From positions 186,001-250,000 of the forward strand of contig NW_026858824.1 of assembly GCF_026571515.1 (NCBI RefSeq): a DNA stretch of 64,000 nt, given 5' to 3'. Shown here piece after piece: positions 60,243 to 64,000 of this stretch. The translations under genes were made by a program, and so were the position numbers. The first letter of the stretch is position 1. Every line of letters begins with the position of its first letter. The stretch is from Ruditapes philippinarum. Taxonomy: Eukaryota. The notes beneath the pieces were generated by a model that ran no database searches, was not told where the DNA came from, and saw nothing but the letters and a program-made list of their open reading frames with translations.

Positions 60243-61355
60243 ATGGCTTATAGGAATCCACCCCCACGTTACGCAAGCACCCCTACTGCGGTGACTTCGA
60301 CATATGTGTCTAGCCTTGTAGGACGACCATCTTATGCTGATCAAAATCTGACTTTTCATTTACCTGCTAGTACATATGGCCTGTTTAATGACCAGTCCCT
60401 TCAGTCCCCTCATACATCATTGAACATGCCTAGATATCCTATATTAAGTAGGTCATCTTATGTTGCTAATGTTGCTCGGGCTCCTGTACCAAATGCAACA
60501 GTTGTATCTTTTCCCCAATCAAGAACCGTGCTTAACTCAGGAAATGTTTTCAATAGTGACTATTTGAGTAATGTGCCTCTTACTTCTAATCAAAACAGTA
60601 CAGTTGAACCAAGAGCCATAGGCATATATTCTGAACCAAAACATAAGGAAATTGAACCCCCTTCTTTTAGTGGCAAAGAAAGATGGATAACCTTTGTCAA
60701 TACTTTTGAAGATATAGCTAGATTTAATAAATGGGCCTCTGAAACTATTACATTGCGTTTTAGAATTTGTATGAAGGATGAGGCGCGATTTTATCTTGAT
60801 ACATTACATCCTGACCAGAGTGAAGATTACTTTAGCTTGAAGGGGGCATTTGAACAACGCTATGGTGACAAAACAAGTATAAGTGCTTACAAAAATCAGT
60901 TTAGGCGTAGACGTAAGAACCCTGGCGAGAAAATTGACGCATTTGCTTTTGAGTTACGTCGATTAGCGGGTTTAGGTTACCCTGGACAACAGGGCACACT
61001 GTTAGATGAAATAATTTGCAATCAATTCATTGAAGGGATAGGGAATTATGATTTTAAAAATTATTTAAGGCTTGAAATGGAGAAAATCAATCCCGTTACT
61101 CTCGAAGCACTACTTAAGTTGGCTCAGAGCTATGAAAGTGTCATGAACCCGTTTCAGCCAAATAGAGCACAGGCTAGGTCACAAGATTATTACAGTCAAG
61201 ATCATAAGTTAGATTTACAGTCTGATAATCAATTTAGATCTCAAGACAAAAATAGATATCCCGAAAGAGACATTCGCAGGATAGTCTGCTATCATTGCCA
61301 AAAAGAGGGTCATGTAGCAACCAGGTGTCCGGAAAACTCAAACAGGCTGAGCTAA
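60243..61355 (+). CDS. gag: Gag
   Basis: FSGKERW..F..FE, LKGAFEQRYG, ELRRLAGLGYP and zinc knuckle CYHCQKEGHVATRC. Confidence 0.92.
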   Translation: MAYRNPPPRYASTPTAVTSTYVSSLVGRPSYADQNLTFHLPASTYGLFNDQSLQSPHTSLNMPRYPILSRSSYVANVARAPVPNATVVSFPQSRTVLNSGNVFNSDYLSNVPLTSNQNSTVEPRAIGIYSEPKHKEIEPPSFSGKERWITFVNTFEDIARFNKWASETITLRFRICMKDEARFYLDTLHPDQSEDYFSLKGAFEQRYGDKTSISAYKNQFRRRRKNPGEKIDAFAFELRRLAGLGYPGQQGTLLDEIICNQFIEGIGNYDFKNYLRLEMEKINPVTLEALLKLAQSYESVMNPFQPNRAQARSQDYYSQDHKLDLQSDNQFRSQDKNRYPERDIRRIVCYHCQKEGHVATRCPENSNRLS

Positions 61356-61373
61356 AGGCCTCTAGCTCAGCCT
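61331..61373 (+). promoter_or_regulatory. Putative -1 ribosomal frameshift signal
   Basis: G GAA AAC heptamer in the gag frame, 6-nt spacer, perfect 11-bp stem AGGCTGAGCTA/TAGCTCAGCCT. pol lies in the -1 frame. Confidence 0.75.
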
Positions 61374-64000
61374 CTTCCAATAATAGTAGGCCTTATAAAT
61401 CTGTTACTTTCAGTGAGGACACGAAAAATCTTAACTTAGTTAATTCTCAAGTCAATACGCTTAAGAATGATGATACCCACGGTGAAGATAATAAAAAGAG
61501 TATAGCTCCGTCATTGCGTGTTTTTCATAAGGAGAAGACGACTCTTTCTCCCGCAAAAGTTAAGACAAAAGAATATTTTGAGGCAAATAAAGTTAGAACC
61601 GCTGTAGTAAGAAATAGATCTAGGTCTCCTTCTCCTATTAAGGAAACTAAAAATTCATCTGATACTAACAGGATAGAAACAGTTAGTCCATGTACAGTCC
61701 CTAGTTCTTCACATGCTTGCTGGTACTTCCATGCAGTAGTTAATGGAGAAAAAACACGTTCACTTTTTGATACCGGTTCCCCTTGGTCTATATTATCAAA
61801 ACAATTCTATGAGCAGTTACAAAACAAAAAGCCTACTTTTAATGTAGTTGATGAGAAACTTACTGTAGCCAATGGGTCTATCCTCAACATACTCGGTAAA
61901 GCTATTTTTCAATTCTCCACAGAAGCCAAGACTTATGACTGGGAATTCCTTGTTGCCGATCTAAAGGGGAATAACTGTCTTGTAGGACAAGATTTCATTG
62001 CCAAGCATGGGCGATCATTGTCCTGGAAATCTTTAGAATGGCAAACTAAAGCTGGCATAGTGCAACTTCACAAGCTCAGCTCAAACTGTGTTGGAAAGGT
62101 TTCACTATTACAGAAAACTATTGTTCCTCCACTGTCTGAGATACAAACTTTGACAAAAGCAAATTATCCCTTGTATGAGAACAACTATTTGATAGAACCT
62201 TTTAAAGAATCCCCTAAGAAAGGTCTTTTAATAGCTAGGAGTCTTGTAGCTACTGATGGAACGCATGCCTGTTGTGTATTTAATGCTACAGATAAGCCTG
62301 TTGTACTAAAACAAGGTCAGACCATAGGTACAGTCAATATGATAGAACAAGTGGTTAATACAGAACAAGAAAAAAATTTGGATTATGCCAATTCTTTGCC
62401 TGAGCACTTGAGGCCATTGATAGAGAATATTTCTTCTGAATTGACAAAAGATGAGAGGTCTAGATTTACAAACTTAATTATGAAATATCAAGATATATTC
62501 GTAGGACCTGATGGAAAATTGGGTCAAGCTAAATTCGCTGCTCATAAAATCAATACAGGTGAGGCACGTCCTATTAAGGTCCCTCCTCGTAAATATTCAC
62601 CTGCTCAAAGAGAAGTGATAGAAAATGAAATAGATAAAATGTTGGATCAAAATATTATTCGTCCAAGCGATAGCCCTTGGTCATCTCCTATTTGTCTTGT
62701 AAAAAAGTCAGACGGGAGTTGGCGATTCGCTATTGACTATAGACAGTTGAATTCCGTGACTGTAACTGACGCTTATCCATTACCTAATACTCAGCTAATT
62801 TTTGACACTTTAGCTGGCTCAAAATTTTATAGTTGTATTGACCTAGCTTCAGGATACTGGCAGGTCCCTATGCATCCCGAAGATCAGTGTAAGACTGCAT
62901 TTGCAACACCAAGTCGTGGCTTACACGAATTTCTGGTTATGCCATTCGGATTAGTAAATGCTGGTGCAACCTTTGAAAGACTAATTGAACTTGTTCTAGG
63001 GCGCTTACAGTGGCGGAAATGTTTATGTTATTTAGATGACGTAGTTATTCCTGGTCATGACTTTGAAAGTGCCCTCGAAAATCTCACAGAAGTGTTCGAA
63101 AGATTGAGACAAGCAAATCTAAAATTAAAGCCTTCCAAATGTAAATTTTTTCAAAAACAAGTTTCATTTTTAGGCCATGTTATTTCAGAAAAGGGAGTCA
63201 GTTGTGACCCCAAAAAGATCTCGGCGGTAATAGATTGGCCCCAACCAGAAAATAAAACTCAGATTAAAAGTTTTCTTGGTTTAGTCAATTACTATAGGCC
63301 TCATATCCCGGATTGTGCCGAGATTTGTCAACCCTTAACAGAACTGACAAAAAAGAAAGTACGATTTCGCTGGAATGATGAGTGTGAAAAAGCCTTTAAT
63401 CTACTGAAATCAAAATTAACTGAATCTCGGTGTTAGCATATCCTTCTCGAGATGGCATTTTTATTTTTGGAAACGGATGCCTCAGCCTTCGGAATAGCTG
63501 CGATTTTGTCACAAATACAGGACAAGCGGGAGGTAGTCATTGCTTACGCAAGTAAAGCTCTCTCGGCTTCGCAACAAAATTATTGTACTACCATGAGAGA
63601 ATTACTTGCTGTAGTAACCTTTGTCCGCCATTTCAGACATTATTTACTTGGTAAACGCTTCGAAATACGTACAGATCATGCTAGCCTCGTTTGGCTTAAA
63701 AATTTTAAGGATGCTGATGGAATGTTGAGTAGATGGCTTAGCATATTATTTACTTTTGACTTTGAAATCGTTCATCGTAAAGGGTCTCATATGAAGCATG
63801 TTGATGCGTTATCTAGATCAGTTAAAAATTGTAAACATGGGCAATGTGTAGACTGCGCACCTAAAAAGACGGATTGTGTCTTATCTTGCCACAAAATTGC
63901 ATTGGGAGGGTCAAAACAGTCTACCTCGCGACATATAGCAGACGGTGCGGTTTCAGGCCTTGAGCTTGAATCACCAGACAATGGGTCTGAGAATACTAGT
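61331..64000 (+). CDS. pol: Pol (protease, RT, RNase H), with two compensating single-base indels near 63428 and 63465
   Basis: LFDTGS, SPWSSP, DYRQLN, MPFGL, YLDD. After the shift: VLAYP, ETDAS, NYCTT.RELLAV, TDH, RW, DALSR. Confidence 0.92.

Larger units (their letters stand above)
59132..64000 (+). mobile_element. Gypsy/Ty3 LTR retrotransposon, 5' part (runs off the window)
   Basis: LTR, PBS, gag with CCHC, then pol in the order PR-RT-RNase H. Confidence 0.95.

Noticed and set aside
62090-62350. dUTPase between protease and RT
   Set aside because: The region looks beta-rich, but the conserved dUTPase motifs are not recognisable.

Overview
AT-rich eukaryotic genomic DNA with spliced genes and dense repeats. 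The repeat repertoire suggests a bivalve mollusc (inference). I reconstructed six host genes by hand from splice sites and phases: three paralogous 3-exon claudin/PMP22-superfamily genes (9.6-23.4 kb), a small secreted 10-Cys beta-microseminoprotein-like gene missed by the ORF track (18.9-20.2 kb), FBXO22 (25.7-40.0 kb, one apparent 1-nt deletion) and the 3' exons of a 2OG-Fe(II) oxygenase (56.0-59.1 kb, minus). Mobile DNA includes two decayed Sola2-like transposases, an RNase H-bearing LINE 3' end, tRNA-derived SINEs and several MITEs. Also present are a full-length CR1-group LINE with a 2A-like DIELNPGP motif and a hairpin array between its ORFs, a ~15 kb pile-up of Helentron-associated (HINE) elements, a mariner relic, and the 5' part of a Gypsy element (tRNA-Asn PBS, -1 frameshift signal). 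The two most notable items are a miniature LTR element whose LTRs each carry a tRNA-like gene (43.7-44.05 kb), and a Gypsy LTR whose antisense end supplies a branch point and pyrimidine tract directly against a host exon. All calls are by eye; no database searches were run.
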